This document shows positions 39,799-51,990 of a DNA stretch of 64,000 nt, in pieces. The DNA lies in the NCBI GenBank assembly GCA_010356995.1, contig ML996687.1:311803-375802 (forward strand). Direction: 5' to 3'. Position 1 is the stretch's first letter, and every line of letters begins with the position of its first letter. The position numbers and the translations under genes were made by a program. The notes under the pieces were generated by a model that was given only the letters and a program-made list of their open reading frames with translations, was not told the DNA's origin and did not search any database. Source of the DNA: Trichodelitschia bisporula (Eukaryota).

Positions 39799-41445
39799 AT
39801 GTCTCATCGTTCTGCGCTCCCTGCTTCTCGCTCCGGCGATGCTCATTCTCGCTCCGGCGATGCTGCGACGGCCGACTCCTATGTCGAAGACGTCAGCACG
39901 AGCTCAGATAGTAGCGCTGCCGCGACCGACTCGTCGGTTCAAGACACCAAGCGCTCAGCTCGGGTCGCTGGTCTTAACGACAACCTGAAAGCTCCCAAAC
40001 GTCTTCGGACAGGCGGGCAGCCTAGGGTTGAGGATGTTGTGTCCACTCCAGCTCCTCTGGTATCTACGGATACTGTTGCTCAGCAAACCCAGCTCCATCG
40101 TAAGGTATGTTACCCCCCTATTTGACGATATGAATGTTCTGCTAACACTCCTGACTAGACTGGTTCCGTCACTCCGGTGAACGGACACGACCAAGGCTCC
40201 GCTTCGACGCCTGTCGACGTGGAGGGGATCCGCCCTCCCTTCCCTTCCCCCACTGCCTCGGCGTGGGAGCGTGCGGGCTTACCCAGCATCGCAAAGCGGA
40301 AGCGTATGGAGGACGAGGGCCCGCACAGTTTGTCCTATCTCTGCCTACTATCAGCTACAGCTCACCAACTTCATCTAGCTCCTTCCCCCAAGCGTCAGCG
40401 CACGCGGTCACGGTCGCCGGGCGCCGTCGAGGATCCTGTGCGCAGGGTCATCAAGTTCAACCGCTTCCCATATGCTTGGGATACCGAGATCGAGAGTGAT
40501 CCCAGGTATGATCCCCAGACTCCGACTCCTGCTCGGAGAGGCGAGCGCTGCCCAGCGCCTATCGGCCAGCGCAAGGCTCGGTTCTGGCTGCCTTGTCTGC
40601 GGGGGGAGCAGTGTTGGGTGGAGCGGTCTCCGTCGAGGCGGATTCGGAGCCAATTGAACCAGGGAGCTGGCGAAGAGCGTGACCCGTTCCAGCCGGTTCC
40701 CCTGGCTACTGCCTTGGGCATGGCAGTAGAACTCCAGAATCCCTTCGTTTCGAGCTACGAGGAGCGTGGTGGGAGGGAGGAGACGGTAGAGCGGGTTCCA
40801 ACATCCCCTACTGCGGTTGCGGAGTCACCCCCCCCCATCCCGATCCAGGAACATGGTATGAGTGAGGAGACGGTAGAGAGCGTCTCGCAATCGCCTAGCG
40901 CGGAGTCGGTTCTCCAATCGCCTAGTGAGTGGGTTTCTGGATCTCCCAGCGTGGTTGCGAGGTCGCCTCCGCCGGCTTACATGCCCGGCTCTCCGGACCT
41001 TGAGGTTGTGAGGACTCCTCCTCCGGACTACGATTTCCTCTCTTCTCCTCCTCCGACCTACTATGAAGTGTTTCCGCCTATGTGGTCTCCTCAAGCGGCT
41101 GTTCCGGCGGCTGCGAGGACCCCTGTGGGCAACTTCACCTTCCTCGTCAGGAGGGCTCAGCCCGGGGAGGGATACATGCCGGACTCTCCGACCGCTCAGA
41201 CTCAATCGCTTAGCGAGTGGGGTTTGAGATCTCCTAGCGTGTATGCGAGGCGGTCTCCGCGCATCTTCACCGAGGAGGTTGAGTCTTCGGAGGAATACAG
41301 GCTGGTTTCTCCGATCTACAGGCCGCTCTCTCCGACCTTTGGGGCTAGGGAAGCTTCGCCGGTTTACATGACGGACTCTCCATCCATTTGGGTTACGGGA
41401 GCTTCGCCTGTTTACATGCCCAACTCTCCGAACCTGGGGCTGTGA
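39799..41445 (+). CDS. Orphan Ser/Pro-rich, low-complexity protein with Y-x-P-x-S-P repeats; intron 40105..40158 and probably 40328..40378
   Basis: ATG at 39799. A canonical intron (GTATGT...GCTAAC...TAG) joins ORF 39736..40125 in frame to 40177..41445. Basic NLS-like KRKR and PKRQRTRSR. No recognisable folded domain. Confidence 0.6.
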
Positions 41446-41649
41446 GGACTCCTCGTCCTCCTCTGTCCTACGCTCCCGTCACTCCGCCTACGAGGGCTTT
41501 GCGTCCACGCCGTGTTCTACCGGCTCCAAGGCCTCCTCAAGCGGCTGTTTCGACGGCTGCTAACGAGGAGTGTTAGGTAAGTCATCTGTGAAGATGGGAG
41601 AAAACTGCAGTCGAACGCATGTTCGGACGGTGGGGAGTATCCTAGTCAG

Positions 41650-42154
41650 GTGTACTATGTGTAGGGTTTGTACGGGCTTTGTTCGTACGGATGAGACGTC
41701 CATGGAATGGTTTTTATCCACATAGTGAGCAGCACGGGTCATTACTCTGGAACAGATGTTCGCACGGTGGTGACTCTGGCGTATTTGTGCTGGTTCATTT
41801 ATGAACCTCATGATAGGCTCACTTGCAACCATATCATGCATTGATCAAACGCGCAAGCACGGTGGTTACACCCTAAGCAGTACGGCTGCTTCGCTCATGG
41901 CTTATCTCTAGACGTACGTTGTGCAGGGTTTGTACGATCTTTATTGTACGGATGAGACGTCTATGACTTGGTTTTTCCTCACGTTGTGAGCAGCATGGGT
42001 CATTACTGTAGAACAGATGTTCGTACGGTAGTGACTCTGGCGTATTTGTGCAGGTTCATTTATGAACCTCATGATAAGCTCACTCACAACCATATCATGC
42101 ATTGATCAAACGTGCAAGTAAGATGACTTCAACCCTGCCAGGACGGCTCCTTCG
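41650..42154. repeat. Diverged tandem direct duplication with a ~260-bp period (two copies, ~41650..41893 and ~41912..42154)
   Basis: Both copies share blocks such as GTACGGATGAGACGTC, GAACAGATGTTCG, GTGACTCTGGCGTATTTGTGC, GGTTCATTTATGAACCTCATGATA and CAACCATATCATGCATTGATCAAACG. Confidence 0.92.
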
Positions 42155-44630
42155 GTTGCTCGGGAGGATATGGGGTACCGTATTGGCCTCTTCGGTGGCT
42201 TGACGTTGCGTTTGAACATGATACCTCTGGTGGTTCTACTGTCCGTTTTTGCTTCTATTGATTCCTTGGGTTGTCGGTCGGCCCTCGGCGTCTTCTTTTG
42301 TGCAACCTTTTTTATTGGAGGGGCTGATAGCTGTATTCCTCATCCCGTCTTTGCGGCGATGAATGAATGGAGTATTTGATCCCATTTTGCTTGCCTTGAG
42401 TGATGAATACTTGCCGTCTCCAAACCGTGAATTTGCGTCGTGATCTCTGCCAGACTCCCTTTGCACCGCCATCTTGGTAGGTCAACCGTCTTCGTTGTTA
42501 CTAGATACTTACTTGCCCTGAAGACCTCCGAGAGTCGTGAAGCGACTAAGTTCTCGAATAACAGGAAGATGCAACTGACCAGGGGGGGGGGGAGAATGAT
42601 GAGCCGAAGCCCACGGACTTAGAATCAGTTCTCTATCACAGATTGATAAATATACCTATGTAACTTGATTCACAATGATCATTGTGTTGAGAGCTGTGTC
42701 CCTTGCCGTGTACATCGCCAGATTCCAAGTCGCCTTCACAGAGTAACCGCTATCGCTCTGACCAAGGCGAACAGTGGGACCACTCCTCTCCTACCTTGGG
42801 TCTACTCTCTACCAACGTCCTCCATGCAACAGTCCTTTTAAGTGTATCCCCTGCCTTCATCTATGTTTGTCCAACATCGCCACAGCTTTGGAATATGAGG
42901 TTTGGGGTCGACTGCCGGAGCCTGGTAGGTACCGTACGCATAGGAGTTGAAACCCCGCAGCCACACTCCTACTGACACCCTATGTATCGTCCCCAGAGAT
43001 GGTACATATGTCGAAGCTAGTCGTCATGACAAGATCTTTGCGGTTCACGTACAGCTGACATGGGGAAAGTCACGATCCGAAGACCGACAGCGGGCGCGGA
43101 TAATGCTGTATTTGTCTACTTCCCAGATGTCGAGGAGGAAGAGTGACCGAGAGACAGCGCAGGGAGAGCTTGGATGCGATGTCACAGTTGTGTAGGACGC
43201 CGCTGGCAGCCCGCAAGGCTGAAGGGTAAGCAGAAAATAGCGGGATCGCAGAGAAGGGATCCGAACGGAATATATTCCGCGTGGCCAGACTGACGGTGCT
43301 TTCAAGATACTGCTCTCACATCTTCTGGGCTACGACCTGATCTTAACTGTCCTGCGGCGGAATCTGCGTCCGACGTCGAGGCTTCGAAGCCACCCTCCAC
43401 GATGCGCGCTTATCCAAAAATGGCGACCGGTCAGAGCCACCCCTGCCCCTGAACCGTGCGTCCAAAACTCGCCGACCAAAATCGAGAACGCGCAAGGGGG
43501 GCATTTCCGTCGCATGATATCGCCCTGCATTTTGACCACCATCCGCCGCGAAGCAAAGTATGCTCTCGATTTTCAGACTCAACCGCGCAACATCTCAGTC
43601 CCCTCTCAGCGTGATAGCGATACCGGCACGATAGTAACGCGAAGTCCCTTGGCGCCATCGATGTCAAGGCATGTGGGCTCGTATCCGTCAGGCAGTGGCG
43701 GAGTAGCATCCTTAGTTCCTTTTCACCCGTGCGCCACCAGAGTCCGGTTCAGGCTAAACGCGCGAAGTCGTTGGAGGGATGAGGCTCTGCTGTCATGCGC
43801 TTGCGCCGCTCTCCATACCGTACCTAACCGCGCAGGTCGACCGTGGAGGGTGAATGCGTGCGTCAACTCGTTGTCTCCCGCGCGCTAGTACGGGTAAAGC
43901 GGAATGCCATACAGGTACTTATATGTGGCCAGCGACGTACTTAACCGCTCACAGTTAGCAGGAACACAGTCATCGGGACAGAAACGAAGACAATGTGGGG
44001 TTGTCTCCGGTCGTAGGGCCGAGGTTGGGGGCGGACAGGATGTGGTCCGTTGTTTAATGCGTTCCGGTCCAGGAACTCTTCAGGATTGAGGTTATGCGCG
44101 GATCTAGCCGCAGCATCAATCCTGGGGCGATAAAAATGGCCCATACCTGCCCTTTGTCCATAAAGCCTGGGAAACTTTGGCCATACAGTCATCTGGTAGC
44201 TAGCCGTCCTCGCCGACGGCCTATCAACCTTCGCATCCCGGTGCGGGGTACAAGGCAGAAAGCATGCTGGACATCGCACACGTTCCACCGCACCACCACT
44301 AGCATCCAACTAAAGTTCTATTCTTACCCAAGTCCAGAACCCGAGCAAACGCCGCGCAAAACGCCATCGTATCTCATGCACCAACATCGCTCGTCGTGGC
44401 GTCCAAGCTTCCTCAGCCGCAAGCCAGCGCCCCCGAAGCCTGCAGTGTGCACCAGGTCCCACAGCCCCTATTCCGCTCACAGCGCCTTCAAAAGCCCATG
44501 GATCCCCCTAACCTGAGCGCGAGGGATTTCGCGCCGAACCGTTAGCCTTCACCCTTCGCTCTTTTGCTCTAACGCCCTATTTAAATCAACACCTGGATCT
44601 TAGTCGAAGTTTAATCGAACCGCACTCACA

Positions 44631-45477
44631 ATGGATCAGAAGCAAGGTAAGCTACTTCCCAAAACCCCCGCAAAAATCAGATCGCGTCGCGCGTTAGGCC
44701 CGCCCCCCTCAGCCTCGTCGCGTCGCCCCGACCCGTCTCGCATCAGACCTCCCTCGCATCAACAACCACATCGCCTTTGCCATGCATAAAATCTGACCAT
44801 CTTCAGGCCAACCCCCCGCGTACCCGCAACCAGTCGACCCGGCCCACCACCCCCAGCCCGTCGGCACCCCCGCCCCAATGCAAAGTTACCCCTCGCCCAC
44901 GCCGCAGCCTGGCTACGACCCGCACGCGCAATACGCACAGCAACCGCAATATGCGCAACAGCCGCAGCAGTATGCCCAGCAGCCCCATGGCTATCAGCAG
45001 CCGGGCCCGCAAATGGGCTACGCGTACGCGCAACAGCAGCCCCAGGTGTTGCAGCAGCCGCAGATGGCGTATGCGCCACCCCAGCCGATGCAGTCTGCTG
45101 CTCCCCAACCGGGCGCGCCTCAGGCGAATGTCGAGCACAAGCCTTCTATGTTCCAGTCCGCCATGCCGGTTGGGACACTGGGCGCGGGTCCGGCGCCGAT
45201 TGACTGCCCGAGCTGCCATCAGCGGGCGATGACGAACACGTCGTATAAGAGCGGCGACTGCACACAGTGAGTACTTATCCGTCTCCAAGAAGATTTGGAA
45301 TGGTTACTTATCAATTGTAGTCTTTGGGCCATGGGATTCTGCTTCTTCGCCTGTCTGCCGTGTATCCCCTATCTTATCGACGGTTTCAAGGATGTGGACC
45401 ACAAGTGCAGCAAGTGCGGTGTGTTGGTTGCAACGTTCAAGAAGAGCGGCGGCACCCAGGTTCATGTGTTTTCCTAG
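44631..45477 (+). CDS. LITAF-like zinc-ribbon protein; introns 44647..44806 and 45267..45320
   Basis: N-terminal PPAY (PPxY) and a Q/P/Y-rich region, then CPSC, a hydrophobic CFFACLPCIPYL segment and KDVDHKCSKCGV (HxCxxC). Confidence 0.9.
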
Positions 45478-45713
45478 GCTTGATACCCCACATTTGGCAT
45501 TCGCAGTCTTCTACATACTCCCGTATATTGGTCAGCCTTTTCCACTGGTGTTGCATCTGGTCCAGTCTATTAAGCTATCGCGGGCGGGTTATGGGATACA
45601 GGTTATCAAAGCGTTGATATGATGCTTCCCCACTGTGATTGCGTGAGCGTTCTCCAGTGGATCCAGCGCGCTTCAATACATCGCCCTGAGAGTGGCGGTG
45701 GCGGTGTTCGACA

Positions 45714-47072
45714 CTATTCCAGGTACGCTCTGAACACCTCCAGCCCATCTGTACCCGCTTCGAAGACAGTCTCCACATCGTAGCCAACGAAGTAGCTATA
45801 TCCTTCGTCCAGTTTGTGTTCCTTCCCATCGGCCTTCAGCTTCCCGCCGCCATGAATAACGATCAGCACGCTGGGCCCACCAAGGCCTCGGATCTTCTCG
45901 GACTCCCCTTTCTCCAGCTTGGTCTTGAGGACGTTGAACTCGACTATTGGTGGCTTGTACAAGAGGGTCTTCGCGCTGCCCTCGAACGGTGCCGGCTCAA
46001 TCATTGCATCGTCGGCATTGTGTGGAGAGAAGGACAATACCGACACGAAAGTGTGAACCCTGTCACGCTCCGGCCCTGGGCAGAATCCTGTGGCGAGCAT
46101 GTTGTTGCTGCGAGCCATGACTTCCATGATGTCCCCGGAAAGATATGCATGGATACCGTCGGCTGGGATGCATATGCAACCTCCCGGTGGCAATTCGACA
46201 AAGTTCATCGTTAACAACGCGACAAGGTGCCCGGGATCCTGCGCATGTTAGGACGACAAATCTGCACAGGAGACGATGCGCACCGTCTTGTCATATTGCT
46301 TCCGAAGCTCGGGAAGCAATTCGAGGATGTAGGGCTCTTCTCCGAAGGCTTCCTTTGGCACCTCCAACAACTCGTCACTCACTTCCTGGATTGTCTCATC
46401 CGAGGCCTGCAATATTTGCCTGACAATATGCTTTACTATTTGGTCGCAAAACTTCGGCTTCTTAATTTCGGGAAGGAACACCTTGATAGGCTCGACATCA
46501 CTGAAGAGCTTCTCAATGACCTCGCAAGGCTTGAAGCCAACGAAGGCTCGGAATGTCGAGAGGGCAATAGCAATCTCGGGTTTATGGTTCGGGTCGGTAA
46601 ATCTGCTAGGCTCGCGTTCATGGAGCGCTGCGGCGAGAGCTTTGTTCTGAGGTTGTCAGGATGAAGATGGACGGAACGGGAACCATACCGGGTGGATTTG
46701 CAGCGGAAGAGCCTTTGCGATGGAAATAATTTTGGGAAGAAATGGCAGGTTTCCATGTCCAAATCTACTCTCGATTGCCGGACCGATGAGCTTGTGGGAT
46801 TGAGCTTTGAGGTGGTCTTCAAGCGTTTCACTTGTGGAGAGCACATAGGCGGGGACATCCGGGTAATTTCCCATCCACCTGACTTCGTCAACTCCTAGTC
46901 TTCCAGGGCGAGTTTTGAAGGCTCACATTTCGGAGTAGATCTCATTCTCGTTAATCTTGAAATCGGTTCCGGGCGTGTTAGCGCAGAGGCGCGCGGCGAG
47001 AGATGAAGAGCCCTTTCGGCCCCAGGGATAGCTGTTGCAGTAGCATTTGAGCTGGAACACTGATTCGGCCAT
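45714..47072 (-). CDS. Type I mannose-6-phosphate isomerase-like protein (divergent paralog), three introns
   Basis: MAESVFQLKCYCNSYPWG, YSEMWMGNYP, LPFLPKIISIAKALPLQIHP, DPNHKPEIAIAL, PADGIHAYLSGDIMEVMARSNN. Confidence 0.9.
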
Positions 47073-48269
47073 TTTGAGCACCAGCTTGGTATATAGTTGG
47101 AGGGTATAATGTGTTTGCAGTGTGCTTTCTCAAGACAATGCGAGGTTCAAGGCATCGGGAATATATCTTTTGGGGAAGCTGCGAACAACACGTCATAGGT
47201 CGGCGGCATGTGCACCAGGGGTCCGGGACGATCCCACATTACACGCTATGAAGTAATGCTCGGACAAGGACTGGAGCCGAAGACAGCAGATCATTCAAAC
47301 GATACCGCAATCAGCCGTCGAGTGGGACGAGTTATTATCGTGTCGTTTTGACAGCTGCAAACCGATCGAGGCTTGAAGAGCCGATCGACAGATGGGAGGT
47401 CAGTTGGTCGAAAAGCCATGCTAGCTTGCTCTACCACTGCATGAGGGGTGAATATAACAACTTTGACGCCAAAGTTCGAGGAAGGGATGGAGCAAGGGAG
47501 GAGGTGGTTGTTGTCGTGTACCGTCAGCATCAAATGCAAGCGTGATGTATCATCGCCAAGCTTCAGCTCCTCTTGTAGAGAGTGAGGCATAAGCACAACT
47601 CAGATGCTAGAGGTGCAACTCACGTCAAGGAGATTATTATCTATGGTTACAACTCGAATCTCTGTCTCGTCCGCACGGCTTTCGTTCTGAATAGCGGTAG
47701 GCGGGATGAAGATAAGATATGGACTATCAACTTGAGGAGAACCATCACTTGGTACAGGTGGCGGTGCACCACCAATGAGGCTTGAAGGCACTTGATCAAA
47801 CGGGGCTCATTTTGGGCAATTTGACCAACCAGAAGGGGAGACGTTTCGCTCTCAACGCGCCGTCTCCTCCTCCGTCTTTGTGGCACCGTGGAAACTCTCA
47901 TAACGCGGGACCGACACAAGCGACAAGCTCCTTGACTTGTCCTTGGAGAGAAGAGAGAAAGCAGAGCCTCCGACGAACCCTCTTCTCTCTCTCTGCTCCC
48001 CCTCCTCCGCTCTCCATTCTCCACCTAACCCCACTCAATACCCTTCTTTTGTTCCGATCTCCACCTCCACATATCTCTCCGCCCCTCTCCCGAGTCCCCA
48101 GACCTCCAGATTCGATGGCGTGTCCATGAGACATGCAATTCTCCTCCCTCAGAACTCTTTGACTTCACTTGGTGCCCGCATAGTGCTGGCAGCCTGTCCC
48201 TTCATCTGTCCCGACTCCTACAACCAGTACTCGCTCTAATTGCGCTCGTTTGCGCTGCAACCGCCCACG

Positions 48270-49315
48270 ATGCACTACGCATTCCCGCCGCGCAAAACCT
48301 CGAATCCCCCGAAGCCCACCCGCACGAACTACCTCCGCCGCACTCGACTTCAGTTCTTCGCCGTAGTCGCCCTGTGCGTCTGTCTTACGCTTTATCTGGT
48401 CTCTAGACTCTTTGGATCTACACCTACGCCTCCTCCCGTTGTCGTCGAGTACTTGACGCAAGCGCCGCGTGGCCAGCCAAATGTCGTTATTGTCACGCCC
48501 ATAGATCCGGCTCTGAGCCCTTCGGTAAAGGGCATAGTGCAGCGGAATCGCGAAGACTATGCAGCACGACACGGTACGGCATCCGTTCCGTCGCATCACG
48601 CTTGCTAATGGCATAGGCTACAAAACCTTCTTTCCGGACCCCAATACATACCACCTGTCCGACGCGCCGAAGTCGTGGGCAACTGTGCCGGCGATGCGGC
48701 ACGCAATGACAAAGTTCCCGCAAACCCCATTTTTCTTCTTCTTGGGCGACCACGCGCTCATCATGAACTATGACTTGTCAGTTGAGGAACACATCATGGA
48801 GAAGGGGCGGTTGGAGTCTATCATGCTCACCGACATACCTGTTGTGCCACCAGACAGTGTGATCAAGACCTTTGCGCACCTGAAGGGCGATAGGATTGAC
48901 TTCGTCCTCGCGCAGGATAAGGATGGGCTAGCGTGCACCAGCTTCATCATACGGCGCGGGGAGTGGGCAAAGTATTTCTTGGACGCGTGGTTTGACCCTC
49001 TTTACCGCTCCTACAATTTCCAAAAGGCGGAGCGACATGCGCTGGAACACATTGTGCAGTATGGATGATCTTGCCCTGTCCCCTATAACGCTAACCGTAA
49101 CCAGATGGCACGGGACGATACTGGCGAAGCTGGCGCTCGTACCGCAAAAGATTATGAATTCCTATACGGAGAAGGAGGCTTCTCAAGCCATGGCCAATGG
49201 GGAATACAAGGACGGTGATTTTATCATCAACTTAGGCGAATGTGACCGCAGTCCGCGCAGTTGCGAAGAGGAGATGCAGCCATATGCCGAAAAATTGCCG
49301 AAGTTGGAGAGGTAA
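48270..49315 (+). CDS. MNN11: GT34 alpha-1,6-mannosyltransferase complex subunit (Mnn11-like); introns ~48573..48616 and ~49059..49105
   Basis: MHYAFPPRKTSNPP, a type II TM anchor, NREDYAARHGY, VVPPDSVIKTF, WFDPLYRSYNFQKAERHALEHIVQWHGTIL. Confidence 0.88.
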
Positions 49316-49781
49316 TGACTTGGAGTCCTCTGCGCTAGGGCGACTATTTCAATTGGTTCAGCATATGTAGAGGGCACTGTGTAGCATGGTTCTGGACTTT
49401 GGCGTACTTGATGCGGAGAATCGGGTTTGAGGCGCTCCTGGGTATTTGACGGCTAGGAAAGGGGTTTGCGATTCAACGCAGCGGTAATGGACTCGGTTGA
49501 AGATATGACATGGGGTTTAGTGCTGCAAGTACGCGGCGATTACTATCACGCGTTCGGACTCTGCTCGTTGTCGATCTCGTTTACTGTATGCATGGAAGAT
49601 GACCTGTTGCATCCGTGCCAACTGAGCCACTATTGATAGCTTCAGCGCCCCATGCCTCGCATTCTACAATGCTATCTCTGAACACATTACTGTACCACCA
49701 CCGTCCATGCGCCGATACCCGTACTTTGTTCACTAATCGCTCTCGTCTCGTGAGTGTAATGCGGTCCGCAGAAATCCACGC

Positions 49782-50171
49782 TCAAAAGTCCGTCACCCGG
49801 CCGTTGAAGCTCCAATCTCCCTTTGCACCCCACCTCAATGGCTCGTTCTTCGGTCCGCCCACTTCCCCGGTCTTCGGGTTCCGATCGCCTTCGAACTCAG
49901 GCGGCGCGCCGCGGCGCACATCGGGGTGTAGCTCCTGCGCCTCAATCTTGACCTCGGCTGTTGTTTCGACTTTTACGCCTTCAGACTCGGGTCTGGGTGT
50001 TGAGAATGCGCCGGTGCTTTGACGCTGCAGTTTTTCGAATAGCTCTTGCTCCTCCTTGGGAAGAGGCGGTGGCGCGGGCCCGGAGTTGAAGCTTGATGCG
50101 CGGGTTTGGAGGCGCGAGCGGGTGAGCTGCGGGAGAAGGCGAGATAGAGGGCGCGGGAGGGAGGGAGGCAT
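49782..50171 (-). CDS. SDH8: Succinate dehydrogenase assembly factor 4 (Sdh8/DUF1674)
   Basis: Mitochondrial presequence and C-terminal EFEGDRNPKTGEVGGPKNEPLRWGAKGDWSFNGRVTDF. Confidence 0.93.
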   Translation of the reverse strand: MPPSLPRPLSRLLPQLTRSRLQTRASSFNSGPAPPPLPKEEQELFEKLQRQSTGAFSTPRPESEGVKVETTAEVKIEAQELHPDVRRGAPPEFEGDRNPKTGEVGGPKNEPLRWGAKGDWSFNGRVTDF

Positions 50172-50887
50172 GGATTGAGATTGTGAGGCTTGCTGGAGTC
50201 GGAAGGAGAAGAATTGGAGAATTGGACGTAAAGTTCAACGTTTACGGATGTAAGGTGTGTGGTGGTGATGCTTGAATGCGAGGCATATCGGCCGCCATCG
50301 GCGGGTTGACGCCACTCCCGCCACCCGCGGCAGGGCTGGAATGGGGTTGGATAAATATTTTCCCACGCCGACTCCAAAAGGACTGAACCGCGGCCTGATG
50401 AGGAACTACATCAAAGGAGCTCGAGATGGTATCTCGTTTCTCGTTCAGAATGAATTGAATCGCTCGCAATCGCTGCGCCGACAAGTCTGTTTGCACTCCG
50501 TGGAAGTTCGTCTTCGTCACCCTACCCCACCTTTCTGCTCCATGTCAAACGCGGCATCTTTAAATCGAACGGGCCGAACGAGTACGGCCTCTTTCAATCA
50601 ACTAGGAATACTTATGCATGTTGGAGCAGTCTACACTCTGTGTGTGGAGAACTGATGTGTGAACTGCGAACGTGACATATATGCGAGCATGGACCCCCGA
50701 ATACGAGTGCGAACTAGCCGGGCGTAGATTAAGACTGCTCGCAAGCTGTGCCATCTACCCCACAAATTGGGGCATGTACTATGAGGCTAGAAGCCAAGTT
50801 ATCAACGTCCTTACTATTGACTTCACGATTTAAAGTCCACCATGTCCGCAGCTCAGCCAAGCAAGACCTTCTCGTTTTGCATTTCCA

Positions 50888-51990
50888 ATGGCTACTCAGA
50901 CGACCACCCTCCAGGAACGGCCAGCAAGCCTGTCTATTTCAGGGGGCCAGCATCTCAAGGGAAACGGTACTTCGGAGCCTCGCGACCTACCTACGACGCT
51001 CTATTACTACGATGAAGAGGCCGAGTTAGCCAAGGCCGCTGAAGCAGCCAAAGCACCCGAGGCCGGCGCTGACGAGAAACCCAAAGTGTAGGTGCTACAC
51101 AATCCCGGGATCCACTACAATTCTGACTTGCAAAGTGCCTATCCCCATACAGCGCAGAAGCCCGTCGAGTTGACTGTCACCGACATCACCGGCAACGAAA
51201 GCGCCTACAATCTTGACCAGCATGGCTTCATGCTCAGCAAGCAGGTGACGGAGGTCATTCTCACCTCTGAGGACCTGGGCGATGATGAGAAAATCAAGAC
51301 CCAGTACTACCCCGAGATGCAGAAGTGGCTCAAAGAAGTGTAAGATCGTCCCAGGAGGAGTGGTCATTCTCTGACAAGGAGTAGGACTGGCGCTCCCCGC
51401 GTGCTCGTCTACCACCATGGCACTCGCCGCAGCCTGGAGAAGGGCGTCAAGCTCGAGTTTGGCAAGATGCGCTCCGCCCCCAGCGGCGGGCCTCGCCCCT
51501 CGGCCCCCCCAGTCTACACTGTCCACCTAGACCAATCGTCATGGGAAGGATATAACATCATCCGGCGGCACCTGAAGGACGAGACCGAGAGTCTGTTGCA
51601 CAAACGTGTTGCGATCGTCAATGTCCGTAGTCTCGTTCCCTGACCATCGTGAATCGTCTAATGACTCTACAGGCTTGGCGTCCTATCAAGACGGTCCGCC
51701 GGGACCCTTTCGGCGTGGCAGATGCCTCCACCGTGGCACCTGAGGACTTTGTCTCCAGACCGTACAAGTTTTTTGAGGAGACGCGCGAGACGGCGTCCGT
51801 GCGGCCAAGCGACAAGCACAAGTGGTACTTCAAGCGCTACCAGCAGGCGGACGAGGTGCTCATCTTCAAGGGGTTTGATATGCAGGGCAATGCGAGGGCA
51901 GCGCCTCATAGCGCCTTTAAGGATCCGGAGCATGAGGGCGATGAGTTGCGGGAGTCCATTGAGATTCGGGCCCTGTTGATCTATGACTGA
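50888..51990 (+). CDS. AsaB/CmcJ/GA4-desaturase-like non-heme iron oxygenase; introns ~51088..51135, 51340..51384, 51623..51672
   Basis: YNLDQHGF, YYPEMQKWLKEVTGA, VHLDQS (HxD), IVNAWRPI, HKWYF, IFKGFD, PHSAF, RESIEIRALL. Confidence 0.85.

Noticed and set aside
47290..47800. Possible small gene between the PMI-like gene and MNN11
   Set aside because: Short ORFs on both strands with no recognisable domain or coherent splice model.
51086..51135. Apparent stop-codon readthrough: ORFs 50888..51091 and 51092..51343 are in frame across a TAG
   Set aside because: The TAG falls inside a plausible 48-nt intron (GTAGGT...CTGAC...AAG), which explains it.
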